64,000 bases of DNA, taken from NCBI GenBank assembly GCA_004299485.1, contig SCQP01000016.1:314996-378995 (forward strand), in the 5' to 3' direction. This DNA comes from Acidobacteriota bacterium (GTDB lineage Bacteria; Acidobacteriota; Terriglobia; Terriglobales; SCQP01). Under the pieces are notes generated by a model, which had not been told where the DNA came from, ran no database searches, and saw nothing but the letters and a program-made list of their open reading frames with translations. Shown here piece after piece: positions 1-9,735 of this stretch. Both the position numbers and the translations under genes were made by a program. The first letter of the stretch is position 1; each line of letters opens with the position of its first letter.

Positions 1-1
1 C

Positions 2-3000
2 GCCCAGCAGCTCACCGTGAAACCCATCGCGGGCGGCGGACCCAACGCCATGCCGGCGCTGAAGGCCAATTTCATCGCCGGGGTGACGGGACTGGCGGGC
101 GACGCGGCCGGCAACCTGTACATCTCCGACGTGAACCACGTGTTCCGCATGGACAACAGCGGCAACCTGACGCTGCTGGCGGGCACCGGCGCCACCCATG
201 TCTGCGCCAACACGGCATCCGACCCCTGCCCGGGCGCGGTCCGGAGCGGGGCGGCGACGGAAGCGACGTTGTCGAACGTCGCGGCCATCGCGGCCGACAG
301 CGGCGGGGACGTGTACGTCGCCGACTATCTCGACAATGTCGTGTGGAAGATTGACACGGCGGGCAAGATCAGCGTATTCGCCGGCACGGGCGTGGCCGGA
401 TACAGCGGCGATGGGGGAGCGGCGAATCAGGCCCAGTTGCTGGGGCCGCAGGGCGTGGCGGTGGACGGGGCCGGAGACGTGTTCATCGTCGCCGGCGGGG
501 CCAACGGCGTTGCCGCGCATGTGCGCGAGGTCAGCGCGGCGGGCGTGATGTCGACCGTGGCCGGGGGCGGAGGCGCCACGCAGGCGCTGGCGTACCCGTA
601 CGCGTCCATCAGCGCGGTGGCGGCGGACGGCAGCGGGCATCTGTATGTTACCGATTTGGGGAGCCCGACGGCGTTCCCGACCCTCACCCAGATCACGCTG
701 GCCAACGGCAACGTGACTGTAGTCGCCGGTGGCGGCACGGTGGCGCCGGCGGCCGGGGCCACCGCCACCAAGGTCAGCCTTTCGGGCCTGCTGGGCGACA
801 GCGTGGACAGCGCGGGCAATGTGTATTTCGCCACGTCGACGGCCCAGGGCGGCCTGTGGGAGATCGCAGCGGGGAGCAGCACGTTGACGCAGGTGATCGC
901 GGCTCCGAACACGTTTTTGGGCGCCATCTACGTCAGCGCGGCGGGCAAACTGTATGTGGGCGAAAACATGCAGGTGTATGAGGCCGCGGCGGGCGGGGCA
1001 AGCGCGCTGGTGGCGGGGAACGGCAACGCCTACGACTCGTTTATCCACGCACAGGCCTCCGATCCGATCTACCCGGCCCTGAACACGGCGCTGGATCCGG
1101 CGGCGGCGTGGTCGGACGGCAGTGGCAACGTGTACGTGGCGACGTATAGAGACAACGACAGCGGGAAACCGGGACGGCTGAGCCTGGTCACTCCGGACGG
1201 CAATATCGCCCAGATCGCGGGCGGCACACCGATGGTGAACCCGGCGGCGGTGGCGGCGAACGCCGCGGGCACGCTGTTTGTGGCCGACAACCTGACCTCG
1301 ACGGTGTACGCGATTACGCCGGCAGGGGTGGTCAGCGCGTACGCGGGCAACGGCAAGACCGGATTCAGCGGGGACGGCGGCGCGGCAACGAGCGCGCAAC
1401 TGGCCAACCCGAACGCGCTGGCGATTGACGGCGCGGGGAACTTGTACATCGGCGATTCGTCGAACCACGACGTGCGGCGGGTGGACGCCAAGACGGGGGT
1501 CATCACGACGGTCGCCGGCATTGTGGGCAGCGGCACCGACAGCGGGGACGGCGGCGCGGCGACGGCGGCGACGTTCAACGGACCGTGGGCGGTCGCGCTG
1601 GACGGGGCAGGAAACCTGTATATCGGCGACAGCAACAATCCGTACGCGGCGGTGACGGCGGCGGACGTGAGCGGGCGGATTCGCGAGGTGAACGCCAAGA
1701 CGGGCATCATCACGACGGTCGCCGGTTGCGCATGCGGCACGCAGGGAGCGGGGGACGGAGCGGCGGCGACGGCGGCCACGCTGGGTCCGATCGGCGGGGT
1801 GGCGGTGGACGGCGCGGGAAACCTGTACATCGCCGACGCGTTCAACGCCAAAATCCGCGAAGTGATCGCCGCCAGCGGCAACATCGTGACACTGGCCGGA
1901 AACGGGGTGGACAACTACAGCACGGGGACCGGCGTGGCGGCGCAGACCGAGATCGGCGAGCCGATGATGCCGCAACTGGACGCCAAGGGGAACCTGTATT
2001 TTGTAGAACGCAACTCGCACCGCGTTCTGGAGGTGGTCAACGCGGTGGGGGTTCCGGTGGCGTCGGGCGCGAGCCTGACGTTTGCGGCCCAGGCGACCGG
2101 CACGACGAGCGCATCGCAGACGGTGACGTTTACGAATCCCGGCCTGGCGGCGGACGCCATCAGCGGGATCAGCGCCTCGGGGGACTTCAGCGAGAGCAAC
2201 AACTGCGGCACATCGCTGGCGCCGGGCGCCACCTGTACGGTGACGGTGACGTTCACGCCGGCGGCGCTCGGGACGCGGAGCGGCACGCTGGCGCTCGCGA
2301 CTAACCTCGGCGCCACCAGCGTGGCGCTGATCGGGACGGGCGCGGCGCCGGCGACGGCGGGACTGCTGAGCAGCGCGCTGAGCTTCGGGAGCCAGGCCAC
2401 GGGCACCACCAGCGGGGCCCAGACGATTACCGTGAGCAACGGCGGGGGCGTGCCGCTGAGCATCACTTCGATTAGCGTGACGGGGCCGTTCGCGCAGACC
2501 AACGGCTGCGGCTCGAGCGTGGCGGCGGGGGCGAGCTGCAGCGTCAGCGTGACCTTCAGCCCGACCGCAACCGGGGCGGCCAGCGGCGCGCTGACGATCA
2601 ACGACAGCGCGGCGGGCAGTCCGCAGACGGTCAGCCTGAGCGGCACCGGGATTGCGCCGGGCGTGGCGATTACGCCTTCGCAACTGGCGTTCGGCTCGGT
2701 CACGGTGGGCACGCCGAGCGCGGCGCTGGGCGTGACCATCGGCAACAGCGGCAGCAGCGCGCTGACGGTGAGCGCGGTGACGGCGAGCGGGGACTTCAGC
2801 GTGGCCGGCAGTTGCGCCACCATCCCCGTCAACGGGAGCTGCAGCCTGGCGGTGATTTTCACGCCGACGGCCACCGGCGCGCGCACCGGCACGTTGACGA
2901 TCACCGACAATGCGTCGAGCGGAACGCAGACGGTGCCGTTGAGCGGCACGGGCGCGGCGGCGGGCCTGAGCCTGACGCCGGCGAACCTGAGCTTCGCTCC

Positions 3001-6000
3001 GACGCTGGTCGGGACGAGCAGCCCGGCGCGGACGTTGACGCTGAGCAACAGCGGCACGACGGCGGTCAGTTCGCTGACGGTGACGGCGGTGGGCGCTTTC
3101 AGCGCCGCCAACAGTTGCGGGGCGACGTTGGCGGCCGGGGCGACGTGCACCCTTCAGGTGCAGTTCACGCCGCAGGTGAGCGGGGCCGAGAGCGGCGCGC
3201 TGGTGATCACCAGCAGCCTGGGCACGCAAGCGGTGGTACTGAGCGGAACGGGCGTGGCGCCGGGGGCGAACCTGAGCGTCGGCGCGCTGCAGTTCGGCGG
3301 CCAATTGAGCGGAACCAGCTCGCCGGCGCAGACCGTGGTGCTGACCAACAGCGGGACGGCGGCGTTGAGCATCACTTCCATCGCCGCCTCCAGCGGTTTC
3401 GCGGAAAGCAACAACTGCACCGGAGGAACGCTGGCGGTGGGGGCAAGCTGCGGCATCAATGTCAGCTTCGCTCCGAGCTCCACGGGCCCGGTGACCGGCA
3501 CGCTGACCGTCACGGCAGGCGGCACGGTGCAGACGGTGGCGCTGAGCGGGCAGGGCACGGCGCCCGGCCTGGCGCTGACGCCGCCGTCGCTGGCCTTCGG
3601 CGCCCAGGCGGTGGGCACGGCCTCGCAGGCGCAGACCATCCTGGTGAGCAACAACGGCACGGCCGCCGCGACGCTGAGCTCGATCAGCGCCAGCGGCGAC
3701 TACACGCTGGTGAGCGGCTGCTCGACGACGGCGCCGCTGGCGCCGGGCGCGAGTTGCCCGGTTTCGGTCACCTTCACGCCGTCGGCCGGGGGAGCGCGGG
3801 CCGGCGCGGTGGTGCTCAGCGGCACGGGCGGGCTGGGGAGCCTGGCCACGCTGAGCGGCACCGGGACCCAGCCGGGGATCCTGGCCAGTCCGGCGCAGTT
3901 GTCGTTCGGCAGCCAGACGGTGGGCGCGCCGAGCAATCCGCAAACCGTCACGATCAGCAACACCGGGAGCGCACCGTTGAGCTTGAGCGGCATCGCGGCG
4001 AGCGGCGACTTCAGCGCGGCGACGACGTGCGGCAGCTCGCTGGCGGCAGGCGCCAACTGCGTCATCAACGTCACGATGAACGCCACGACGACAGGAACAC
4101 GCACGGGCACGCTGAACCTGTATGACAGCGTGGACGGGCTGCATCCGATCGCGCTGACGGGGGTGGGCGTGGCGGCGGGGGCGAGCCTGTCGCCCAGCGC
4201 GCTGGCCTTCGGGAGCCAGCCGATCCCGGGCGCCAACGCGGCGCTGACGGGAGCCCCGCAGACCGTGGTGCTGACCAACTCGGGCACGGCGGTGCTGAGC
4301 ATTCAGTTCATCGCGGTGAGCGGGGAGTTCACAGCGTCCTCGACGTGCGGCGCCTCCCTGGCCGCCGGCGCCAGTTGCAGCATCGCGGTGACGTTTGCGC
4401 CCGTGCTGCAAGGCCATCAGACGGGGGCGCTGACCATCACCGACTCCGCCGGCACGCAGGCGGTGTCGCTGGCCGGTGACGGCAGTCCGAACGGGCTGGT
4501 GCTGAGCCCCTCGGTGCTGAACTTCGGCGGCGTGACGGTGGGACAGCCCAGCCAGCCGCAGACGGCGACGCTGACCAACAACAGCGGCCTGGCCATCAAC
4601 AGCCTGGTCATCACAGCCTCGGGCGAGTTCAGCCAGACCAACACCTGCTCGACGGGCCTGGCCGCGAGCGCCAGTTGCACTATCAATATCACGCTGACGC
4701 CGGCCCTGGCGGGTCCGCTGACGGGAGCGATCTCGTTCACGGGCGCGCTGGCGAGCAGCGCGTCGAACCCGGCCCTGACGATGCGGGCGCGCCGCCTGGC
4801 GGCCGCCAGAGGATCGAGTTCGCTGGCCGTGGTCGCCATGGCGGGCAGCGGCGGATCGGCGTCGCTGACCACCACGCCGACGTCGCTGAGCTTCGGCTCG
4901 GAACCGGTGGGCACGGCAAGCGCGGCGCAGACCGTGAAGCTGACCAACGGCGGCACGGTGGCGGTGAGCGGCTTGACGATCGTGTCGACGCCGGATTTCC
5001 CCTTCACCACGACCTGCACGAGCACGCTGGCGGCCGGAGCCAATTGCAGCGTGGCCGTCACGTTCGATCCCACGGCCAGCGGACAGCGCACCGGATCGCT
5101 CAACATCACCGCTTCGGGCGGCCTGACGGCCCAGGTGGCGATGGTGGGCGCGGCCGGCGCCGCGGCCCCCCAGTTGATGGTTTCGCCGACGTCACTGACG
5201 TTTGCCAGCGAGTTGACCGGATCCACCAGCAGCGCGCAAACGGTGACGCTGAACAATCAGAGCAACTCGGCGATCTCCATTGCGGGCATCACTGCCTCGG
5301 GCGACTTTGCCACCACCAACACGTGCGGAAGTTCGCTGGCCGCCGGCGCCAGTTGCACCGCCGCGGTGACGTTCACTCCCACGGCCACGGGCAGCCGCAG
5401 CGGCACGCTGACGGTGACCTACGGCGGATCGAACACGCAAACGGTGTCGCTGAGCGGCACCGGGAGCGCGCTGACTGCGAGCATCGCCAGCGGCTCGTCG
5501 AACACGGCGAGCGTGACGGCGGGCGGAACGGCTTCCTACGGGCTGGTGTTCACGCCGTCGGCAGGGGCGAGCGGCTCGTTCAGCGTGAGCTGCGCCGGCG
5601 CGCCCCAGGGCGTCAATTGCACGGCGGCGCCGACCAGCTTCACAATCTCGGGTACCCAAGCGGCGGCGGTAACGGTCACAGTCGTCACGACGGCGCGGGG
5701 GAGCCGCGCCGTGCCGCCGCCGGATGCGCCGGCGGGCTGGCCACCGGCCGCCAACTGGGCGCTTGGCGCGCTCGGGCTGTTGCTGCTGGCGGGTTGGCTG
5801 GGGCTGCGCGGACGGGCGCGGCGCCGGCTGGTTGCGGGGATCGGCTTCTGCGCGCTGAGCCTGATGGTGGCGTGCGGCGGCGGGGCCGGGAGCGGCGGGA
5901 GCAGCTCGACGTCGGGCACACCGGCGGGCACCTATACGTTGACGGTTACCGCCAGCGGCACGAGCGGCAATGCTGTGCAGAAGCTGACGCTGATCGTGCA

Positions 6001-6004
6001 GTAG
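2..6004 (+). CDS. Giant cell-surface protein, 5'-truncated by the window edge: NHL-type beta-propeller repeats followed by 11 tandem Ig-like (ASH/HYDIN-like, 'choice-of-anchor D'-type) modules and C-terminal hydrophobic segments
   Basis: The frame is open to position 2 and there is no signal peptide, so the start lies off-window. The first ~670 aa carry repeated 'GDGGAA..A.L..P.GVAVD.AGNLYIAD' NHL-like blades. The 11 modules follow the pattern 'L.FG.Q.VGT.S..Q.VTL.N.G...L.I..I.ASGDF...N.CG..LAAGASC...VTF.P...G.R.G.L'. Two hydrophobic stretches lie near the C-terminus. Confidence 0.85.
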   Translation, partial: AQQLTVKPIAGGGPNAMPALKANFIAGVTGLAGDAAGNLYISDVNHVFRMDNSGNLTLLAGTGATHVCANTASDPCPGAVRSGAATEATLSNVAAIAADSGGDVYVADYLDNVVWKIDTAGKISVFAGTGVAGYSGDGGAANQAQLLGPQGVAVDGAGDVFIVAGGANGVAAHVREVSAAGVMSTVAGGGGATQALAYPYASISAVAADGSGHLYVTDLGSPTAFPTLTQITLANGNVTVVAGGGTVAPAAGATATKVSLSGLLGDSVDSAGNVYFATSTAQGGLWEIAAGSSTLTQVIAAPNTFLGAIYVSAAGKLYVGENMQVYEAAAGGASALVAGNGNAYDSFIHAQASDPIYPALNTALDPAAAWSDGSGNVYVATYRDNDSGKPGRLSLVTPDGNIAQIAGGTPMVNPAAVAANAAGTLFVADNLTSTVYAITPAGVVSAYAGNGKTGFSGDGGAATSAQLANPNALAIDGAGNLYIGDSSNHDVRRVDAKTGVITTVAGIVGSGTDSGDGGAATAATFNGPWAVALDGAGNLYIGDSNNPYAAVTAADVSGRIREVNAKTGIITTVAGCACGTQGAGDGAAATAATLGPIGGVAVDGAGNLYIADAFNAKIREVIAASGNIVTLAGNGVDNYSTGTGVAAQTEIGEPMMPQLDAKGNLYFVERNSHRVLEVVNAVGVPVASGASLTFAAQATGTTSASQTVTFTNPGLAADAISGISASGDFSESNNCGTSLAPGATCTVTVTFTPAALGTRSGTLALATNLGATSVALIGTGAAPATAGLLSSALSFGSQATGTTSGAQTITVSNGGGVPLSITSISVTGPFAQTNGCGSSVAAGASCSVSVTFSPTATGAASGALTINDSAAGSPQTVSLSGTGIAPGVAITPSQLAFGSVTVGTPSAALGVTIGNSGSSALTVSAVTASGDFSVAGSCATIPVNGSCSLAVIFTPTATGARTGTLTITDNASSGTQTVPLSGTGAAAGLSLTPANLSFAPTLVGTSSPARTLTLSNSGTTAVSSLTVTAVGAFSAANSCGATLAAGATCTLQVQFTPQVSGAESGALVITSSLGTQAVVLSGTGVAPGANLSVGALQFGGQLSGTSSPAQTVVLTNSGTAALSITSIAASSGFAESNNCTGGTLAVGASCGINVSFAPSSTGPVTGTLTVTAGGTVQTVALSGQGTAPGLALTPPSLAFGAQAVGTASQAQTILVSNNGTAAATLSSISASGDYTLVSGCSTTAPLAPGASCPVSVTFTPSAGGARAGAVVLSGTGGLGSLATLSGTGTQPGILASPAQLSFGSQTVGAPSNPQTVTISNTGSAPLSLSGIAASGDFSAATTCGSSLAAGANCVINVTMNATTTGTRTGTLNLYDSVDGLHPIALTGVGVAAGASLSPSALAFGSQPIPGANAALTGAPQTVVLTNSGTAVLSIQFIAVSGEFTASSTCGASLAAGASCSIAVTFAPVLQGHQTGALTITDSAGTQAVSLAGDGSPNGLVLSPSVLNFGGVTVGQPSQPQTATLTNNSGLAINSLVITASGEFSQTNTCSTGLAASASCTINITLTPALAGPLTGAISFTGALASSASNPALTMRARRLAAARGSSSLAVVAMAGSGGSASLTTTPTSLSFGSEPVGTASAAQTVKLTNGGTVAVSGLTIVSTPDFPFTTTCTSTLAAGANCSVAVTFDPTASGQRTGSLNITASGGLTAQVAMVGAAGAAAPQLMVSPTSLTFASELTGSTSSAQTVTLNNQSNSAISIAGITASGDFATTNTCGSSLAAGASCTAAVTFTPTATGSRSGTLTVTYGGSNTQTVSLSGTGSALTASIASGSSNTASVTAGGTASYGLVFTPSAGASGSFSVSCAGAPQGVNCTAAPTSFTISGTQAAAVTVTVVTTARGSRAVPPPDAPAGWPPAANWALGALGLLLLAGWLGLRGRARRRLVAGIGFCALSLMVACGGGAGSGGSSSTSGTPAGTYTLTVTASGTSGNAVQKLTLIVQ
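2054..5470 (+). repeat. Intragenic tandem array of 11 ~97-aa (~290-nt) Ig-like modules, each with two conserved Cys
   Basis: I counted the modules directly in the translation, from 'ASLTFAAQATGTTSASQTVTF...' to '...TQTVSLSGTGSA'. The periodic motif is SGDF..N.CG..LAAGA.C...VTF.P. Confidence 0.8.
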
Positions 6005-6274
6005 GCGGCCGGCAAGGTGGCACGGCCACCTCTTGCTGGAGCCGCCCTCCCGGTGGTCGGGCTGTGGCCGAGCGTCGCTCCCCGGCAACGGACGCCCGCT
6101 GGCGCTCGGGGCGTCTCCAAGTTGCCGCGTTAAGTGAACGCCATCGGGGGAGCGCCGATCATCCAATAGTTGGTTGAGCGATAGCCGACGTTGACGATGG
6201 GTGGCGGCATGAGCGGATTCTGTCGGGAAATGCGGCTTTGCCGCAGCGGACTATACTGACGGCAAGGAGGAGAT

Positions 6275-6736
6275 GTGGGAGCACCATTGCCGCCGTTTAC
6301 CCGTGAAACTGCCATAAAGAAAATCCGCATGGCTGAGGATGCCTGGAATGCCCGCGATCCCCAGCGCGCTGCGCTCGGCTATTCGGCCGACAGCCGCTGG
6401 CGCAACCGCAACGACTTCGTCCGCGGCCGTGATCAGATTGTGGCGTTCCTGAAGCAGAAATGGGCGCGCGAGCTCGAATACCGTTTAATCAAGGAGCTCT
6501 GGGCGTTCGAGGGCAACCGCATCGCCGTGCGCTATGCCTATGAAAGCCACGATAGCCAGGGGCAGTGGTGGCGCTCCTACGGCAACGAGAACTGGGAATT
6601 TGATGGGGAAGGGCTGTGCGCGCTGCGCTATTCCAGCATTAACGACCTGGCCCTCAAGGAAAGTGAGCGCCTTTATCATTGGCCGCTCGGCCCGCGCCCG
6701 CTGGACCACCCCGGCCTCACCGAACTCGGTTTGTAA
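6275..6736 (+). CDS. DUF1348 family protein (NTF2/SnoaL-like fold)
   Basis: The sequence '[24 protein letters not shown]...[49 protein letters not shown]...YGNENWEFD' matches what I know of DUF1348. An AAGGAGG and a TATACT lie upstream, although the SD spacing to the GTG is short. Confidence 0.8.
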   Translation: MGAPLPPFTRETAIKKIRMAEDAWNARDPQRAALGYSADSRWRNRNDFVRGRDQIVAFLKQKWARELEYRLIKELWAFEGNRIAVRYAYESHDSQGQWWRSYGNENWEFDGEGLCALRYSSINDLALKESERLYHWPLGPRPLDHPGLTELGL

Positions 6737-6740
6737 GAGG

Positions 6741-6818
6741 TGGTGCGCCCTGAGAGACTCGAACTCCCGGCCTTCTGGTTCGTAGCCAGACGCTCTGATC
6801 CAACTGAGCTAAGGGCGC
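6741..6818 (-). tRNA. tRNA-Arg (anticodon ACG)
   Basis: The reverse complement folds as a cloverleaf: acceptor GCGCCCT/AGGGCGC, D arm GCTC..GAGC, anticodon stem TCTGG/CCAGA with loop CTACGAA, T arm GGGAG-TTCGAGT-CTCTC, and an encoded CCA. Confidence 0.9.
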
Positions 6819-6890
6819 ACGCGAATACTTGATGGTAGCACGGGTGGCCTCGGCGACAACGGCGGCGTAATCCGGAGCATCGTTACGCGT

Positions 6891-7745
6891 ATGGCAGAGG
6901 CGGCTCCCATTCCAGAGCGGTTGCAAAAGGCGCTCGACAGGGTGCTGTACGCCCGCGGTAGCCCGGTCGCGCAAGCCATGAGGAACTTTCTGAATGGGAC
7001 GTGGTTGGGGGAGCCGCTCCACGTCGTGCTGACGGATATCCCGATCGGACTATGGAGTGGTGCAGCGGTGTTCGATGCCCTGGCGCTGGCCGGCGACAGC
7101 ACGTGGCTTGCTCATGCCGCGGATGCGGCCATCACCCTCGGTCTGGCGGGCGCGCTGGCGGCGGCAGCGGCGGGAGTAACGGATTGGTCGGATGTGGATC
7201 CTCCGGCGCGGAGAACCGGATTGTTCCACGGACTCCTGAACCTGGGCGCCATCGGGATATTCACCACCTCGCTCGTACTGCGCAGGAAGGGGGCACGAAC
7301 GAGCGGCAGGATCGCTTCCTTGCTGGGGCTCGCCATAATGGGCTGCGCTGCCCGGCTCGGCGGGCAGATGGTGTACCAGCAACGCGTGGGAGTGGACCGC
7401 AGCGCAGGTGCGGAATATCCGAGCGAGTTTACCGCCATTATGGCGGCCGAGGCTTTGCCTGCGGGAAAACTGACCCGCGCGTATTACAACTGCACCCCGA
7501 TTGTGCTGGTTCGGCGCGGCGAGCAGATTTTTGCGTTGGCGGAAACCTGTTCCCATTTTGGCGGCCCGCTGGCGGAGGGTAAGCTGCTGGAGGATAGCGT
7601 AGTGTGTCCTTACCACTTCTCGCGCTTTGCCCTGAAGGATGGCCGGGTGCTGAACGGACCGGCGGTGCATCCCCAACCCTGCTTCGAAGTCCGCACTCGC
7701 AAAGGACAAATCGAAATTCGCCTGCCGGGGCACAGAGCCTGTTAG
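6891..7745 (+). CDS. Membrane DUF2231-like domain fused to a Rieske [2Fe-2S] domain
   Basis: The N-terminal half has several hydrophobic helices. The C-terminal half has the Rieske motifs 'CSHFGGPL' (CxH) and 'CPYHFSRF' (CxxH). Confidence 0.8.
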   Translation: MAEAAPIPERLQKALDRVLYARGSPVAQAMRNFLNGTWLGEPLHVVLTDIPIGLWSGAAVFDALALAGDSTWLAHAADAAITLGLAGALAAAAAGVTDWSDVDPPARRTGLFHGLLNLGAIGIFTTSLVLRRKGARTSGRIASLLGLAIMGCAARLGGQMVYQQRVGVDRSAGAEYPSEFTAIMAAEALPAGKLTRAYYNCTPIVLVRRGEQIFALAETCSHFGGPLAEGKLLEDSVVCPYHFSRFALKDGRVLNGPAVHPQPCFEVRTRKGQIEIRLPGHRAC

Positions 7746-7759
7746 CATCCAATTGGAGG

Positions 7760-7786
7760 CCTTCCGCGGAAGGGGTTTTGTTGTTT
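7760..7786 (+). terminator. Intrinsic terminator after the Rieske gene
   Basis: Hairpin CCTTCC-GC-GGAAGG is followed by GGTTTTGTTGTTT, 15 nt after the stop codon. Confidence 0.6.
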
Positions 7787-7991
7787 GCCTTTCTCAATTG
7801 CGAAACCGAAGGAGGACGGCGGCAGGAACGCAACGGAAGGAAACTCGAGGTGCAGGCGTGCGTGTGGCGGGCTGGACAGCGGTGCGAGGTTCTTGCCGTC
7901 TCCCTCGCTTTACGGCGCCCCCGGGGCCGGTAAAATCGGCCGCCAGAACAACCCGGGGAGCCGACAGAGCAGCCCGCCCACCGGCGATAGC

Positions 7992-9722
7992 TCACACGTC
8001 CAGACCGATAATGCGCATGAGGGCCAGGGCGTTGCTTTTCTGCACGACGCCGGGGCGGAGTTTGTGGTCGAAGCTGACGTCGTCGCCTTCGATCTGGTCT
8101 TCAAAGTGCATGTTGCGGACGGCAACGCCGCCTTCGGCGGCGACCGCGGTCAGGGCCAGATCGTGGGTGGTGATCATGCCCAGAGCGGGACGGGCCAGCA
8201 GCGCCCGCAACAGGCCCTGAGCGCCTACGACGCGGTCGTGGGAGTTGGTGCCCTCCAGCAACTCATCGAACAGAAACAGGAGCGGCAGGCCGGCTTGGGT
8301 CAACTCGAAGACCTGGCGAAGGCGCAGAATTTCGGCGTAGAAGCCGGAGCGGCCTAGTTGCAGCGAATCGGCGGTGCGCAGGCGGGTGCCCAGCGCCAGG
8401 GGGCTGAGCTGGAGGCGGCGGGCGCGGACGGGCGCGCCCATCTGTGCAAGCACGGCGTTGATACCCACGGTGCGCAGGAGCGTGCTCTTGCCGGACATGT
8501 TGGAGCCGGAGATCAGCAGCACGCGGGTGGAATCGTCGAGCGTGACCGAATTGCGGACGCAGGTGGCCTGCGGCAGCAAGGGATGACCGAGCTCTTCCCC
8601 GAGGAAATGCGGCGCGCCGGATTCATCGAGCTCGGGAAAGGGATCGCCGGGATGTTCGTAGGCGTAGCAGGCGAGCGAGAGCACCGCCTCGAATTGCGCC
8701 ACCGCATCCAGCCACTGCGCGACCTGAGCGCCATAACGGCGGCGCCAGGCCTCGGCGGCGTAGGCCAAATGCACGCTGTAAAGAAGCGTGAAATCGAGGC
8801 CTTTGCCCAACAGGCTGTCTTTGGCTTCCATCCAGTCGGAAAGATGCGCGAGTTGGCGCAGAGCCGCAGCAGCGCCGGGGAGCGGCTGCGGCAGGCGCTC
8901 GACGACGCCGGCAAATAAGCTCAGCCCGGCGCCATCGGCGCCGCGATTGGCGAGAACGGGATCGAGCTGAGAGCCGAGGCGGAAGAGGACCAGAACCTCG
9001 GCGAGGACGAGCAGAAACAGCCAGGCAAACTGGCCGGTGAGGATGGCGTAGACGAGCAGGAGGATGGCGCCGGCGGCGAGCGCGGCAAAAATCCAGCGCA
9101 GCCAGAGGCGGCGGAAACTGGGCGCGGCCTCGGCCCAGGCGCGCAGGCGGCTGGGGTTGACGCTCTGGTTCAGGTCCTCGCCCAGGGCAGCGATGGTTTC
9201 GCGCAGCTCGACCTGAGGGCGCAGCGCATCGACCTGAGCCTGGCGCCGGCGCACGGCGGCGGGCGCGGCGGGCGCGAGTAGCCAGCCAGCCAGGCATTCC
9301 TGGCCCATGGAGGTGCGGGCGGTTGAGAGGAGTTCGAACAGACCGCCGGCGCCAAAAAGATCGAGATCGGAGGCGTAGGCGTGCTGGGGATCGCGGAAGC
9401 GCTCGCCGGCATCGCCACTGCCGCTCCAGCGATCCTCCAGACGCGCCAGGCCGCGCTCGTAATAGCTGGCAAGGCGCTCGGCGCGGCGGCGGGAGCGGAT
9501 GACGCGGTCGTGCCACCAGAACAGGAAAATGAGCAGCGCCAGCGGCAGCCAGAGCCAGGCGCCGGCGAACAGATGGCGGATGAGTGACAACCAGGCGAGG
9601 ATGAGCCAGCCGGCTACCGTCGCCAGCTTGGCCAGGCCAAGGCGGAGATCGAGGCGCTGGCCCTCCGCCCGCCGGCGGCGCTGTTGTTCGAGGCGGCGCG
9701 CGTATTCAGCAGCGGCGCCCAC
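7992..9722 (-). CDS. MutS-related protein: membrane-embedded N-terminal half plus a MutS domain-V ATPase, with no mismatch-binding domain I
   Basis: Walker A 'GSNMSGKSTLLRTVG', 'FLFDELLEGTNSHDR', and TM stretches 'VAGWLILAWLSLI', 'LPLALLIFLFWW' and 'GAILLLVYAILTGQFAWLFLLVLAEVLVLF'. The track ORF runs to 9803 and overlaps the GAF gene, so I prefer the GTG at 9722, 14 nt after the GAF stop. Confidence 0.75.
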   Translation of the reverse strand: MGAAAEYARRLEQQRRRRAEGQRLDLRLGLAKLATVAGWLILAWLSLIRHLFAGAWLWLPLALLIFLFWWHDRVIRSRRRAERLASYYERGLARLEDRWSGSGDAGERFRDPQHAYASDLDLFGAGGLFELLSTARTSMGQECLAGWLLAPAAPAAVRRRQAQVDALRPQVELRETIAALGEDLNQSVNPSRLRAWAEAAPSFRRLWLRWIFAALAAGAILLLVYAILTGQFAWLFLLVLAEVLVLFRLGSQLDPVLANRGADGAGLSLFAGVVERLPQPLPGAAAALRQLAHLSDWMEAKDSLLGKGLDFTLLYSVHLAYAAEAWRRRYGAQVAQWLDAVAQFEAVLSLACYAYEHPGDPFPELDESGAPHFLGEELGHPLLPQATCVRNSVTLDDSTRVLLISGSNMSGKSTLLRTVGINAVLAQMGAPVRARRLQLSPLALGTRLRTADSLQLGRSGFYAEILRLRQVFELTQAGLPLLFLFDELLEGTNSHDRVVGAQGLLRALLARPALGMITTHDLALTAVAAEGGVAVRNMHFEDQIEGDDVSFDHKLRPGVVQKSNALALMRIIGLDV

Positions 9723-9735
9723 GGCGGCGGGAGCG

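Noticed and set aside
6130-6330. 66-aa minus-strand ORF between the adhesin and the DUF1348 gene
   Set aside because: It overlaps the DUF1348 promoter, RBS and start, and has no RBS or motif of its own.
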